Assembly: GCA_042570105.1 (NCBI GenBank)
Contig: JBHPHW010000002.1
Span: 1 to 60,946 of the forward strand
Origin: Candidatus Omnitrophota bacterium
GTDB taxonomy: Bacteria; Omnitrophota; Gorgyraeia; Gorgyraeales; Gorgyraeaceae
Length of the DNA stretch: 60,946 bases
Reading direction: 5' to 3'
Positions 1 through 8,900 of this stretch are shown here, one piece after another; position 1 is the first letter of the stretch, and the number at the start of each line of letters is the position of its first letter. Both the position numbers and the translations under genes were made by a program. The notes beneath the pieces are model-generated. The model was given only the letters and a program-made list of their open reading frames with translations. It was not told where the DNA came from and searched no databases.

Positions 1-3000
1 TTCTGGAGAAACCGTAAAATCATATACATAATCTAATATCTGTGGGGTAATGGTCTCAACAACATTGCCAAACATATCTTCCTTGGTGCTCTCTGAAGTT
101 AATGTTGCTGACTGTATTAGGTAGGCAAATTTATCATTGTCATCTTTTTTAAGCGTGTATATATTATTTGTAATGACCTTAGAGCTATAAGGCCCTCCGA
201 AAATATCCAATCCTTCGGTCTCAGATATATTCTGTATAGCCACTGGTCTTCCATAATGCTTGGCTCCTGCTTCATAAGTGGTCGTTGTTGTAGTTGTAAA
301 TTCGTTACCTGATATATCCACGCCTTTTACTATCATTGGGGTAATTTCAGTAGCCTTTACTACGCCCCAGAAAGAACCCACTTCATTTGTCCTCGGATCA
401 ATAAAATCCATCAATCCATAATCCGAAATAATCTCTTGAGATTGGATAGATTCTTGTTTGTTGCCAAGCATGTCTTCGCTTGAGGAAGAATTTGTGGTAG
501 TGGAAGAAGTGGCTAAATACGCGGTCCTACTGTCTTTGCCCGTAACTGTTGAATAATGATATTCGACGCTTGAACTAACCCCAACAATATTACTGAATAT
601 ATCGACATTGCCATCTTTACTTGTAGTAACAGAACTTGCAATATGAACCTGACCCTTTTCTACTGTGTATGCACTATCAGTATGAGTGCTGATGACAGAG
701 CCAAATATATCCCTACCTTCTGTATCTGCATACCCACTCACCCCTATCAAAACACCTTTTCCTTCTCTTCCCGTGTCTGGATCGCTATGGGCTCCATATT
801 CATATTCCATGCGAGAGGTAGTAGTCGTGTTAACACCCAGAAATGTCTCATCTATCCTTGTAGTATCAGCAAAATCAATTTTTGGCTGTCCTTCAAGAAT
901 ATCGTAACTATAACTATTTATCGTAGTAAATGTGAAGGTATTTCCAAATATATCCTGGCCTTCACTAATAGAACTTCCATCGACATTCTTTATAAGGCCT
1001 AGTCTTATAAGGCCGGTATCTGGATCAAGATACGCCTCTTTAATACTGCCGTCTTCATTGAGATATACATATGGAAGTTCTTCTTTGAATTCTGTGCCAT
1101 CTGTATATTCATAATCTACTGTATTGGTCGTATGAACTATATTTCCCTCAAACGTCAGAGCATCAGTAGTGGTGACAGCGGTCTTAATCTTTGCCTCTCC
1201 TCCTACTATTCTATATGTATTCAGCGTGACACTCTCAAAAGGATTACCAAAGATGTCTTCGCCAAGACTAATGCTTGTAGCTGAAAGTTTCACAGCATCA
1301 TTTAGGCCATCTCCATCTGTATCTACAAATGCAAGATAATCTGGGAAATCTCCGTCTCTAATCCATGTTCCGATATAATCTAAATCAGCTTCGTCAAGCT
1401 GACCCTCATCCAAACTAAATTTATCGAATGATATCACGCTGTCAGAATCTGCATCTATCAAAATGCCTTCTTCATCATAAATATAATGGAGTGCGCCAAT
1501 AGAGGTATTTATTGAACCGTCAAGATTTTCAGAATTTGTAAGGGAAATTGAATGGATTACTTTTGCCTCTCCTCTAATAATCTGGTATATGTCTGTACGT
1601 TTAGTTATATAGCGATTGCCAAAAAGATCTTCTCCCCACGTGGTACCGCCACCCTTGGCATTGATAAGCTGGCCCACTTCATTATAGCTATATTCAACCC
1701 ATGAATCTGTCCTGACATATGTTCCATCGAGGGAAGTAGCGGTAATACTTGTCCAATGTCTTGAGCCTTCATCCCATACTGGGGCTGGAGGAGGCGGAGG
1801 GAAGAAAGGTTCTTCTGGAGGAGGTAAGGGGGTCCCTGAAATTATAACAGGGGATTCAAACAATATCTCTTCCTTCTCAGGAGGACCTCTATTTGAAAGG
1901 ATAAATCCTACGAACTCCTTTTTAAATTCTTCTATATCTACTCCGTATAATTTCCCATCTGACTCCAATAGATATACTATATCGTCTTTTACATCTGTAA
2001 TAACAACTGCATGGTCGCCGCCGATCTCAGCAATTACAGGTCCCTTAATCTCTCTAAGCTCATCAATGGTTACATTATAAAGTTTTAAATCCACGCCTTT
2101 TGTAAATGCGACCTTATGTAAGGAATAGAAGGATGAATAAAGGATCGGTGTCTGGCCAGGCTTAATGAGTCCTGATGATAGGTCACTTAGGATTGTTTCT
2201 ACTGCGAGGTCTTCGATAGAAGTCCTGATACCCATCTTTACTAAAGTATTATACAATGCCTTTGAGGCACAGTTTATTACATAGGTACCCATTCTGCGTA
2301 ACCAATCTCCTATCTTTTTAAGACCGCCCGCTTGTTTTACGAAATTATTAGCCCCTGATCCGAGCTGCTGCATTCTTATCTTCAAAAATTCCATTACCCT
2401 ATTTACAATATTTTTAGCTGTTGAAAGTGTTATGCCAAATGCCCTTCTAATATTATTCTTTAAATCAACCCAGATAGTAGTTGTCCTTTCCCCCGCTTCT
2501 TCATAAGTCACTTTTTCTACACCAACAGCATGCCTCGGTGCGGCTTTTGTCGTAACAAATGCTCTATCATCAGGTGTTAATTCTAGGGTAGTATCCACGC
2601 CTTCAGCATCTACCATATGCACAAGAAAGTTCTCTCCTTTATATTCTACGATTATCTCTTCACCTTCAGCTTTACCTTTTCTTAAAAATCTTGTCCTTCC
2701 TGGCCCTACTTCGTATGGCACAAACTGCTCTACCTCTCCCGTAGCAGTTGATTTTATAATAGAAGTGATTTTACCATCCTCTCCGACCTCGATTATCAAT
2801 GGCGCTGATTCAATATCTGAAAATACGCCTAATGGGTCGGCAGTAAGTGGAGAGTGATGAACTATTGTTGCATTAAATTTTAAACTAGGACCTGAGATAG
2901 ATCCATTATAACTCCCTGTTATTTCTCCAGACGGCATCCACTTATTAGATATATCTCCCCACGGGGCATTCGCTTTTCCATAATTCTTAAATCCTTTTAA

Positions 3001-6000
3001 GGTTTGTATAAAGTAGGATCCTAATTCTAAAGTCCCTCCTTCCACTTCTAGATTATTATAGGTACGAATTAACTTTGGTTTATAATAATCCCCATCTTTC
3101 TCCCATGATAGAGTCTGGGTAAAACTTACGATCTTGTCTATAGAGTCATAGTCTGCCTGAATCTTTTCTATCGCTTTCTCAAGTTCTTCTATTTTTGTTT
3201 CTATTTCTGCTATATCTACCATGTCTGTTCCTGGTTTTGTCTTTTCCTCTTCAAGCTCCGCTTTATCTTCGTTCTTTTGTGATATAGCTTTATCTCGAAG
3301 CATCTTAATGACCTCAGTCATATCCTGATATAAAGTACCAGTTGCACCATGCGCCCAAATAGTAAAAGTTATAACTCCAGTTTTAGTTATTTCTTTGGGG
3401 TCATCTAAGTGGCCTTCCCAGTTCCAATAAGCAGCCTTGTCTATTACTTCCTCTGGCTCATCCGGCACTGTTTCAGTCTTTGTTCTAAATACCGTCTGAT
3501 CTTCCCATTTCCCTCCGGATGAAATAACATTTAATCCTAAGCTGGTCTCGACCCATTCGCTTCCATTCCAATATCCTTCCTTCATCTCGATCTCGCCATC
3601 TCTATCCATGTCCTTAGATATCCATCTTCCGCCAGACCATTTACCTTCAACGCACCCGGAAATATACCCATCCCCATTCGTATCATAAACTACCCATTCC
3701 TTAAATTGTAACCAATAATACTCGTCGTCTTGCCAATCGCCTCCCACAGGCTTGTCCCAAAAGTCTTTCGGCAAACCCCAATATCCTTCAACGCCGCCTC
3801 CATTTTTATTACCATATGTTGCGCCGCTGTTCCAGACCCAGTATTGAGTAGTGACAGGATATGTTGTTTTTACCTCGCGGAAGCGTGGTTCCATATGAGT
3901 CTCTGCCTTTATCCATTCTGGTTTTGCATTTGGATAAGAATTGTACTTCATGTCTATAGTAATCTGTGGGTTCCCGAGAACGTCATATCCTGAAAGCTTG
4001 ATAATAAAAGTTACTGGTTCTGATATTGTATGGGTGACAACTTCTCCAGTATCTTCATCTATATATGTTAACTCAAACTCCATATTTATAATGTCGACAA
4101 GCTCTTCTATTACGCCCGGCTCTCTCCTAGAAAACCTCAGCTCTCCATCAGCATCTTCGCTTCTAACAAATAGATTATCTATCTTTATAACTTTGTCTTT
4201 GTCTCCATCTTTGCCTTTTATAGTAAGAATGACTTTCTTTACTACACCCAATCCTGAGTCATCATAGTAAAATTCGACGCTGAAAATATTTTTTAGACTG
4301 CTTGAGAGAATGTTTTTTTGTAGCCAGCTAGAAATAGACCCTACAAAACCATCTTGCCATGGGGATGTTATTGGATTACCATCTTCATCCGTGTAGTTTA
4401 AATCACCCTTAAATACAAACATCTCTTCTTTTAGAGTAGTTCCGCCTATCCTTCTTAAGAGAGATCTAGTAGTAGTAATCAACCCTTCATGTGAATAGCT
4501 GATCATATCTATTGCGTAGCTATCACCATATGGATCAAATCTCTTGCTTTGGGCAACACCTCCGCTACACCGAACTATTGTTGCATAACCAATGGTCCCC
4601 TCTTCAGTATTTGTGGAATAATAATTTGCCCGGTCAATCCCTGGGCCAACATTATTATCAGCTTCGATAATGGTTATGCCCTTATCTCCACGAATCTCCT
4701 TGTGAATCCATTGACCACCATCTTTGACTGTTACGGTGCCGGCTGGGTTAGGCGTGTATTCTCCTTCTTCTGAAAAATAAGAGCTTTCTGTCCCAGTGCC
4801 CTCTGGTCTTATAATTATTAGGCCTGTCATCTCCATATTTTTCCCATAAGTAGCGTATTCTATATGTGCATTTTCAAAATCCTTTGCATTTCCTTTTCTC
4901 CAAAGCTTGAATCCTCCGGTTTTCTCATTCCACTGCTCAACATGACTATAAGTCTCTACTTCTTCTGTTTCAGGATTTAATACTTCTACTGTTTCCCTGA
5001 TAAATACCGCTATTATCTCGCTTGTTTTAGCATCATATGTATACGAATAACGATCACCATCTTCTTCTTCCCAGGATTCCGTATATTCAATTTCATCTCC
5101 TAATTCATCATATTTTCTCGTCCAAGTGTGATTCAACTTACTCGAATCACTTGTGTCCTTATGTGTACGGCTTCTCTTAGTGCCTTCTGCATCATAAGTT
5201 ATCGACTCGTCGTCACTTATTTTATGAGTAAACCTAACCACCCATATCTGCTGCCAATAGCCTTTATCTTTATTAAAATACCATTTCCAGTGAGAATTAT
5301 TTGTCCAGTCCTCAGGATCGCCTTCTGTATAACCTGAAAACTTTTTATACTCGGTAGGATTAGGTAGGAAATCATCGCCGGGCTGTTCATCTTCATCTGT
5401 TTCTTCAGTAAAATCTTTATCCTCAATGCCTCCTTCAGCCCCTTTTATTTCCTTCATAGTTCCAATATCAATAAGCCCTGCACCTCCTGGAACTATGGGT
5501 GAGAGTATATCCCCTTCCCACATATACATAAAATCATCTATGTAGGCTATGATCTCTTTTCCATCATCAATATAAGTAATTTTCGTATCACTGACTTGCG
5601 TTATGACCACATAATGGTCGCCACCAATATGCGCAATCACTGGACGATCTATCCCTCTTAACTGATCTATGGATACATTTACACCCTGAAGCACTAGGCC
5701 CTGTTTTGCAGCAGCCTTCATCATCGAATAGAATGAAAGCTTAAGCTCCCCTCCTATATTTTCAGGAGTTATCACCCCACTCAAAATATCTACCAATATG
5801 GCATCTCTAGCAATCTCTTTTTCATCCACTTCTACCCCGCCTATATTGAAAATATTTCTCAAGGCATTTACTGCGCAGTTTATAACATTTGTAGATGCCC
5901 TCCAGAGCCAGGTCATGATAGTATTTACATAATCCATTGTGAGATTCGCAATGAAGTCTATCCCCACCTCTGCTCCAACTTCTCGAGCCACTTCTTCTAT

Positions 6001-7833
6001 CTCTATCTGTGGGGCACCAACAAGGCGGGATAAGGTGTTTTCTATATTTGTCAAGATAGCGCCCAATTCTCCGGAAGGATTAATAAGGCCTGGCCCTGTC
6101 TGGGCATATCTAAGTTTTGGCTGGCCATTGACAAGTTCGTATTCATTTACTGTGTGGGTTGAAAAGGTCTCCCCAAAGAGATCGATGCCTGTCGTATCTG
6201 TGTAGCCCTTAGCCCCATCCCCTACGAAATCACCAAGTTCGTCATAGAAATATTCTACATGGTTATTTGTAGTTACCGAATTTCCAAATATAGTCTCACT
6301 TACTGTCTCTGTCTCTGAAGAAACCCTCCTGGGCTGGCTTGCGATAATATCGTATTCGCTTTCATTGCGGCTTTCATACCTCGAGCCAAAGACATCCTCT
6401 CCCTCCGTAGTAGAAACTTCCTTTGCGTCAATCAATAAGTTGGTCTCATCATCATAAACATAGTCAAATCTTGTATGGGTCTTGCTCGTGGAGGTATCTG
6501 AATTTACCTGCTCACTGTCAGAAACCGTATATAAAATCTTGAGCTGGCCATTGATGGCCTCATAAAACTGTTCATTCGTGCCCGCATATGTATAAATTAG
6601 CTGCTCATTGGCATCCTTGGCTTCGCCATTAACCTGGGTAAACCCATATGCGCTCTCAATATTGTTGTCTTTGTCATATTTGTACGTAAGTGTACTATCA
6701 GTTACTGAGCTTGTGCCATCTCTATTGATCTGCGTATCTATTGAATGTGACGATGCCATCCTTCCATTCTTAAATTCTCCATCCCAATCACTGATCGTTA
6801 CGTTGCCATATGCGTCTTTAGCCTCCTGGTGATACCCTGTCAAGTTACTGCCTTCATAGGTCAAATCCGACCAGATAGATGTTGATATTATGTTTCCAGT
6901 GGCATCTTTTATTACGTCGCTGTAAGTCGAAAGTTTCCTATCACTGCCATAGCTGTCTCTAGTAGTAGACCAATCGCGCATAGTTGTGGTCCCATATGGA
7001 TCCGTAATAATCTCTTTATATCCTAGAAGATACTTGCCAGCTGATGTATTTGGGCCTGCCCACCATATTGAATCACCCGAATAAACACCATCAAACCAGC
7101 GTATCTTGGTAGCATTACCTAATGAATCTCTTATTTCAGCATCATATGAGACAAGAAGCCTTCTTGAACTATACGTCATGTTGAGCGTATTTTTTAAAGA
7201 ATACTGCCCCAGGCTGTCGTAAGCCGGCTCATTATAGATCGAAGAGGGGAGGCCATTTTTATAATTTACTCTAGAACCATCCTTATTCATCGTGTAGCTA
7301 AACTCAGTAAACGCTGAAGCAGCATCAAACGTATTGCTTCTAGCCTTCATAATCTGATCACTAACAGATTGTGCTTCCTGAGCCTTCCCTACTGCATCCA
7401 TATACAGCCTTCTATTGATATTATAATTTCTAAATTCTCTTCTCCCGCGATCCTCCTGTATTTGCTGACGTCGCTTCATCTCATCCATCTGACGTTTTAT
7501 CATCTTTTTAACGGATTCTATGCGCAAAAAACCAGACTGCTCCCCGTACTTCTTCCGTGGAATAAGCTGGCTCCTGAAAGAGATCTCTGTCTCTTCCGGC
7601 AATTCGTCCTTTTGTATTTTTTGGGTTTTGTCTAATGCGGATTCTGAAATTGCGGATCCTGAAATGAAATCATCTCCCTTGGGTATGGAGATTTTGGGTA
7701 GAGACTTTGTACCGATAGGCGGGATTGAAATAGGAGAAAAATCAGTGGCCCAGGCTATATCATATGTCAAAAAAGCAGCCACGACAATAATAGCGACCAC
7801 TTTTATCCATTTTTTTTCTTGCCAGTCTAACAT
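1..7833 (-). CDS. giant anchored/secreted YD(Rhs)-like repeat protein with two C39-like cysteine-peptidase domains; start in window, 3' end runs off the left edge (>=2611 codons)
   Basis: My manual translation of the minus strand from ATG 7833..7831 stays open to nt 1. It is absent from the ORF track because no stop lies in the window; all + strand ORFs here are short shadows. N-terminus MLDWQEKKWIKVVAIIVVAAFLTYDIAWA. At least 10 copies of [EQ]D[ILM]FG[NSG] and several YxYDxxG motifs. Two NC[AS]xxAL...GGDH.VVIT modules. Confidence 0.8.
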   Translation of the reverse strand, partial: MLDWQEKKWIKVVAIIVVAAFLTYDIAWATDFSPISIPPIGTKSLPKISIPKGDDFISGSAISESALDKTQKIQKDELPEETEISFRSQLIPRKKYGEQSGFLRIESVKKMIKRQMDEMKRRQQIQEDRGRREFRNYNINRRLYMDAVGKAQEAQSVSDQIMKARSNTFDAASAFTEFSYTMNKDGSRVNYKNGLPSSIYNEPAYDSLGQYSLKNTLNMTYSSRRLLVSYDAEIRDSLGNATKIRWFDGVYSGDSIWWAGPNTSAGKYLLGYKEIITDPYGTTTMRDWSTTRDSYGSDRKLSTYSDVIKDATGNIISTSIWSDLTYEGSNLTGYHQEAKDAYGNVTISDWDGEFKNGRMASSHSIDTQINRDGTSSVTDSTLTYKYDKDNNIESAYGFTQVNGEAKDANEQLIYTYAGTNEQFYEAINGQLKILYTVSDSEQVNSDTSTSKTHTRFDYVYDDETNLLIDAKEVSTTEGEDVFGSRYESRNESEYDIIASQPRRVSSETETVSETIFGNSVTTNNHVEYFYDELGDFVGDGAKGYTDTTGIDLFGETFSTHTVNEYELVNGQPKLRYAQTGPGLINPSGELGAILTNIENTLSRLVGAPQIEIEEVAREVGAEVGIDFIANLTMDYVNTIMTWLWRASTNVINCAVNALRNIFNIGGVEVDEKEIARDAILVDILSGVITPENIGGELKLSFYSMMKAAAKQGLVLQGVNVSIDQLRGIDRPVIAHIGGDHYVVITQVSDTKITYIDDGKEIIAYIDDFMYMWEGDILSPIVPGGAGLIDIGTMKEIKGAEGGIEDKDFTEETDEDEQPGDDFLPNPTEYKKFSGYTEGDPEDWTNNSHWKWYFNKDKGYWQQIWVVRFTHKISDDESITYDAEGTKRSRTHKDTSDSSKLNHTWTRKYDELGDEIEYTESWEEEDGDRYSYTYDAKTSEIIAVFIRETVEVLNPETEEVETYSHVEQWNEKTGGFKLWRKGNAKDFENAHIEYATYGKNMEMTGLIIIRPEGTGTESSYFSEEGEYTPNPAGTVTVKDGGQWIHKEIRGDKGITIIEADNNVGPGIDRANYYSTNTEEGTIGYATIVRCSGGVAQSKRFDPYGDSYAIDMISYSHEGLITTTRSLLRRIGGTTLKEEMFVFKGDLNYTDEDGNPITSPWQDGFVGSISSWLQKNILSSSLKNIFSVEFYYDDSGLGVVKKVILTIKGKDGDKDKVIKIDNLFVRSEDADGELRFSRREPGVIEELVDIINMEFELTYIDEDTGEVVTHTISEPVTFIIKLSGYDVLGNPQITIDMKYNSYPNAKPEWIKAETHMEPRFREVKTTYPVTTQYWVWNSGATYGNKNGGGVEGYWGLPKDFWDKPVGGDWQDDEYYWLQFKEWVVYDTNGDGYISGCVEGKWSGGRWISKDMDRDGEIEMKEGYWNGSEWVETSLGLNVISSGGKWEDQTVFRTKTETVPDEPEEVIDKAAYWNWEGHLDDPKEITKTGVITFTIWAHGATGTLYQDMTEVIKMLRDKAISQKNEDKAELEEEKTKPGTDMVDIAEIETKIEELEKAIEKIQADYDSIDKIVSFTQTLSWEKDGDYYKPKLIRTYNNLEVEGGTLELGSYFIQTLKGFKNYGKANAPWGDISNKWMPSGEITGSYNGSISGPSLKFNATIVHHSPLTADPLGVFSDIESAPLIIEVGEDGKITSIIKSTATGEVEQFVPYEVGPGRTRFLRKGKAEGEEIIVEYKGENFLVHMVDAEGVDTTLELTPDDRAFVTTKAAPRHAVGVEKVTYEEAGERTTTIWVDLKNNIRRAFGITLSTAKNIVNRVMEFLKIRMQQLGSGANNFVKQAGGLKKIGDWLRRMGTYVINCASKALYNTLVKMGIRTSIEDLAVETILSDLSSGLIKPGQTPILYSSFYSLHKVAFTKGVDLKLYNVTIDELREIKGPVIAEIGGDHAVVITDVKDDIVYLLESDGKLYGVDIEEFKKEFVGFILSNRGPPEKEEILFESPVIISGTPLPPPEEPFFPPPPPAPVWDEGSRHWTSITATSLDGTYVRTDSWVEYSYNEVGQLINAKGGGTTWGEDLFGNRYITKRTDIYQIIRGEAKVIHSISLTNSENLDGSINTSIGALHYIYDEEGILIDADSDSVISFDKFSLDEGQLDEADLDYIGTWIRDGDFPDYLAFVDTDGDGLNDAVKLSATSISLGEDIFGNPFESVTLNTYRIVGGEAKIKTAVTTTDALTFEGNIVHTTNTVDYEYTDGTEFKEELPYVYLNEDGSIKEAYLDPDTGLIRLGLIKNVDGSSISEGQDIFGNTFTFTTINSYSYDILEGQPKIDFADTTRIDETFLGVNTTTTSRMEYEYGAHSDPDTGREGKGVLIGVSGYADTEGRDIFGSVISTHTDSAYTVEKGQVHIASSVTTSKDGNVDIFSNIVGVSSSVEYHYSTVTGKDSRTAYLATSSTTTNSSSSEDMLGNKQESIQSQEIISDYGLMDFIDPRTNEVGSFWGVVKATEITPMIVKGVDISGNEFTTTTTTTYEAGAKHYGRPVAIQNISETEGLDIFGGPYSSKVITNNIYTLKKDDNDKFAYLIQSATLTSESTKEDMFGNVVETITPQILDYVYDFTVSPE

Positions 7834-7849
7834 CGGCCTTGCCCCCTTC

Positions 7850-7900
7850 AAAAAAAATAGCCGAGTTGCCTAGAAACTCCTCCTTCGGCAACTCGGCTAT
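7850..7900 (-). terminator. intrinsic-terminator-like hairpin plus T tract inside the 5' leader of the left giant gene (terminator of the upstream gene or an attenuator)
   Basis: Minus strand reads ATAGCCGAGTTGCC - 16-nt loop GAAGGAGGAGTTTCTA - GGCAACTCGGCTAT, then a T run. Perfect 14-bp stem at 7857-7870 / 7887-7900. The T tract ends 16 nt before ATG 7833. Confidence 0.45.
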
Positions 7901-8048
7901 CCTTTGCAGGATCCGTGGTTTTGCGTCCCATGATTACTCATGGTTTGCTATTATCGGAGAGGTAAAAAAATTTGTTTCAAATACTTTTAAAATAACTTTA
8001 ATTTAGACTCTAAAAAATATCGTAGCTCCTTATTTTATCTACACTATA

Positions 8049-8077
8049 AGTATATATTATAGATGGGCGTTTGTCAA
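8049..8077 (-). promoter_or_regulatory. sigma70-type promoter candidate for the left giant gene
   Basis: Minus strand TTGACA (8077..8072) - 17 nt - TATACT (8054..8049), about 216 nt upstream of ATG 7833. Confidence 0.4.
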
Positions 8078-8236
8078 GATAAACTTTTTAAATTTTTTTC
8101 AAAAGTTCTTCATTAATCATGTATATATCTATTGTATATATATCTTCTATTATACGCTAAATAGTGTGAAAACGTTTTCAAAAACCGGATTTATGTCCAA
8201 AAAGGGTCTAACGGGGCAATCTTTAAAGGTGGTTAT

Positions 8237-8491
8237 TTATGCCTCAGGTCCCTTATCGAGCTTAGTGCGTATATCTAAAAGAAGCGCTATTACTCCCGAC
8301 GCTGTGAAGGATATAAAAAAGTAAACCATCCCTAATAGGATAGCAACAAATCCAGTAGCCCGCGGAGCATCAGGTCCTCCTCCGCCTATAAATATTATTA
8401 CTCCAGAAATAAACCCAAATGCTAACGATACCCAGGCCAAAACCTTAAATATTATTGAGCTTATTTTTAAGAACTTACATGTCTTATCCAT
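8237..8491 (-). CDS. small hypothetical membrane protein (84 aa, two hydrophobic helices)
   Basis: ATG preceded by AAGGAGGAAG. Two long hydrophobic stretches flank a GGGGPDAPR loop. No family recognised. Confidence 0.6.
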   Translation of the reverse strand: MDKTCKFLKISSIIFKVLAWVSLAFGFISGVIIFIGGGGPDAPRATGFVAILLGMVYFFISFTASGVIALLLDIRTKLDKGPEA

Positions 8492-8512
8492 TACTTCCTC
8501 CTTTCATTGACT

Positions 8513-8531
8513 ATGGGTTCCCGACTCCCAT
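8513..8531. repeat. REP-like element, half copy (ATGGGTTCCCGACTCCCAT)
   Basis: Same core as the copies at 15638, 21911 and 27936. Intergenic, between tRNA-Glu and the small membrane-protein gene. Confidence 0.7.
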
Positions 8532-8600
8532 CGTATTCACTGCTACAGACTCAATCTATTAAAGTTACATAACAAATGATACGGTTATGATACGGTTATT

Positions 8601-8678
8601 TGGTAGCCCTAAGGGGATTTGAACCCCTGTCTTCAGATCGAGAATCTGACGTCCTGGGCCGGACTAGACGATAGGGCC
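8601..8678 (-). tRNA. tRNA-Glu (anticodon CUC), CCA encoded
   Basis: Hand-folded cloverleaf: acceptor GGCCCTA/TAGGGCT, anticodon stem TCAGA/TCTGA, loop TTCTCGA, T arm AGGGG-TTCAAAT-CCCCT. The D arm TCGTCTAG..AGGAC is typical of tRNA-Glu. Confidence 0.9.
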
Positions 8679-8800
8679 TTAAAACCCCTTGCAATTCAAC
8701 GCTCGCTGAGGAAAAATGACCGCTACTTCTATTGATGACAAAACTGAAAACTTTCCTGATCTGGCTAGACTTAGTTCTTTTCAATTTGAAACCTCTTTTC

Positions 8801-8828
8801 ATTATATTAAAAAAATCACAAAAGTCAA
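8801..8828 (-). promoter_or_regulatory. sigma70-type promoter candidate upstream of tRNA-Glu
   Basis: Minus strand TTGACT (8828..8823) - 16 nt - TATAAT (8806..8801), about 120 nt upstream of the mature tRNA 5' end. Confidence 0.35.
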
Positions 8829-8858
8829 AGGAATTTTTAAAAAAATTGATACATAGCA

Positions 8859-8887
8859 TTGACACTTGAGGGATTATTGTGTATCAT
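8859..8887 (+). promoter_or_regulatory. sigma70-type promoter candidate for the FIST / kinase / regulator operon
   Basis: TTGACA (8859-8864) - 17 nt - TATCAT (8882-8887). The ATG at 8901 is only 13 nt past the -10 box and has no Shine-Dalgarno. Confidence 0.4.
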
Positions 8888-8900
8888 TTGAACTAACGAT

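Noticed and set aside
643-7873. About a dozen + strand ORFs of 60-119 aa from the supplied track (for example 643-1002, 3941-4267, 7520-7873).
   Set aside because: All are antisense to the continuous minus-strand frame 7833..1. Their products are low-complexity (S/I/F/P-rich) with no start context, so they are shadow ORFs.
8596-8865. 89-aa minus-strand ORF.
   Set aside because: It runs straight through tRNA-Glu (8601-8678) and its promoter region, so it is not coding.
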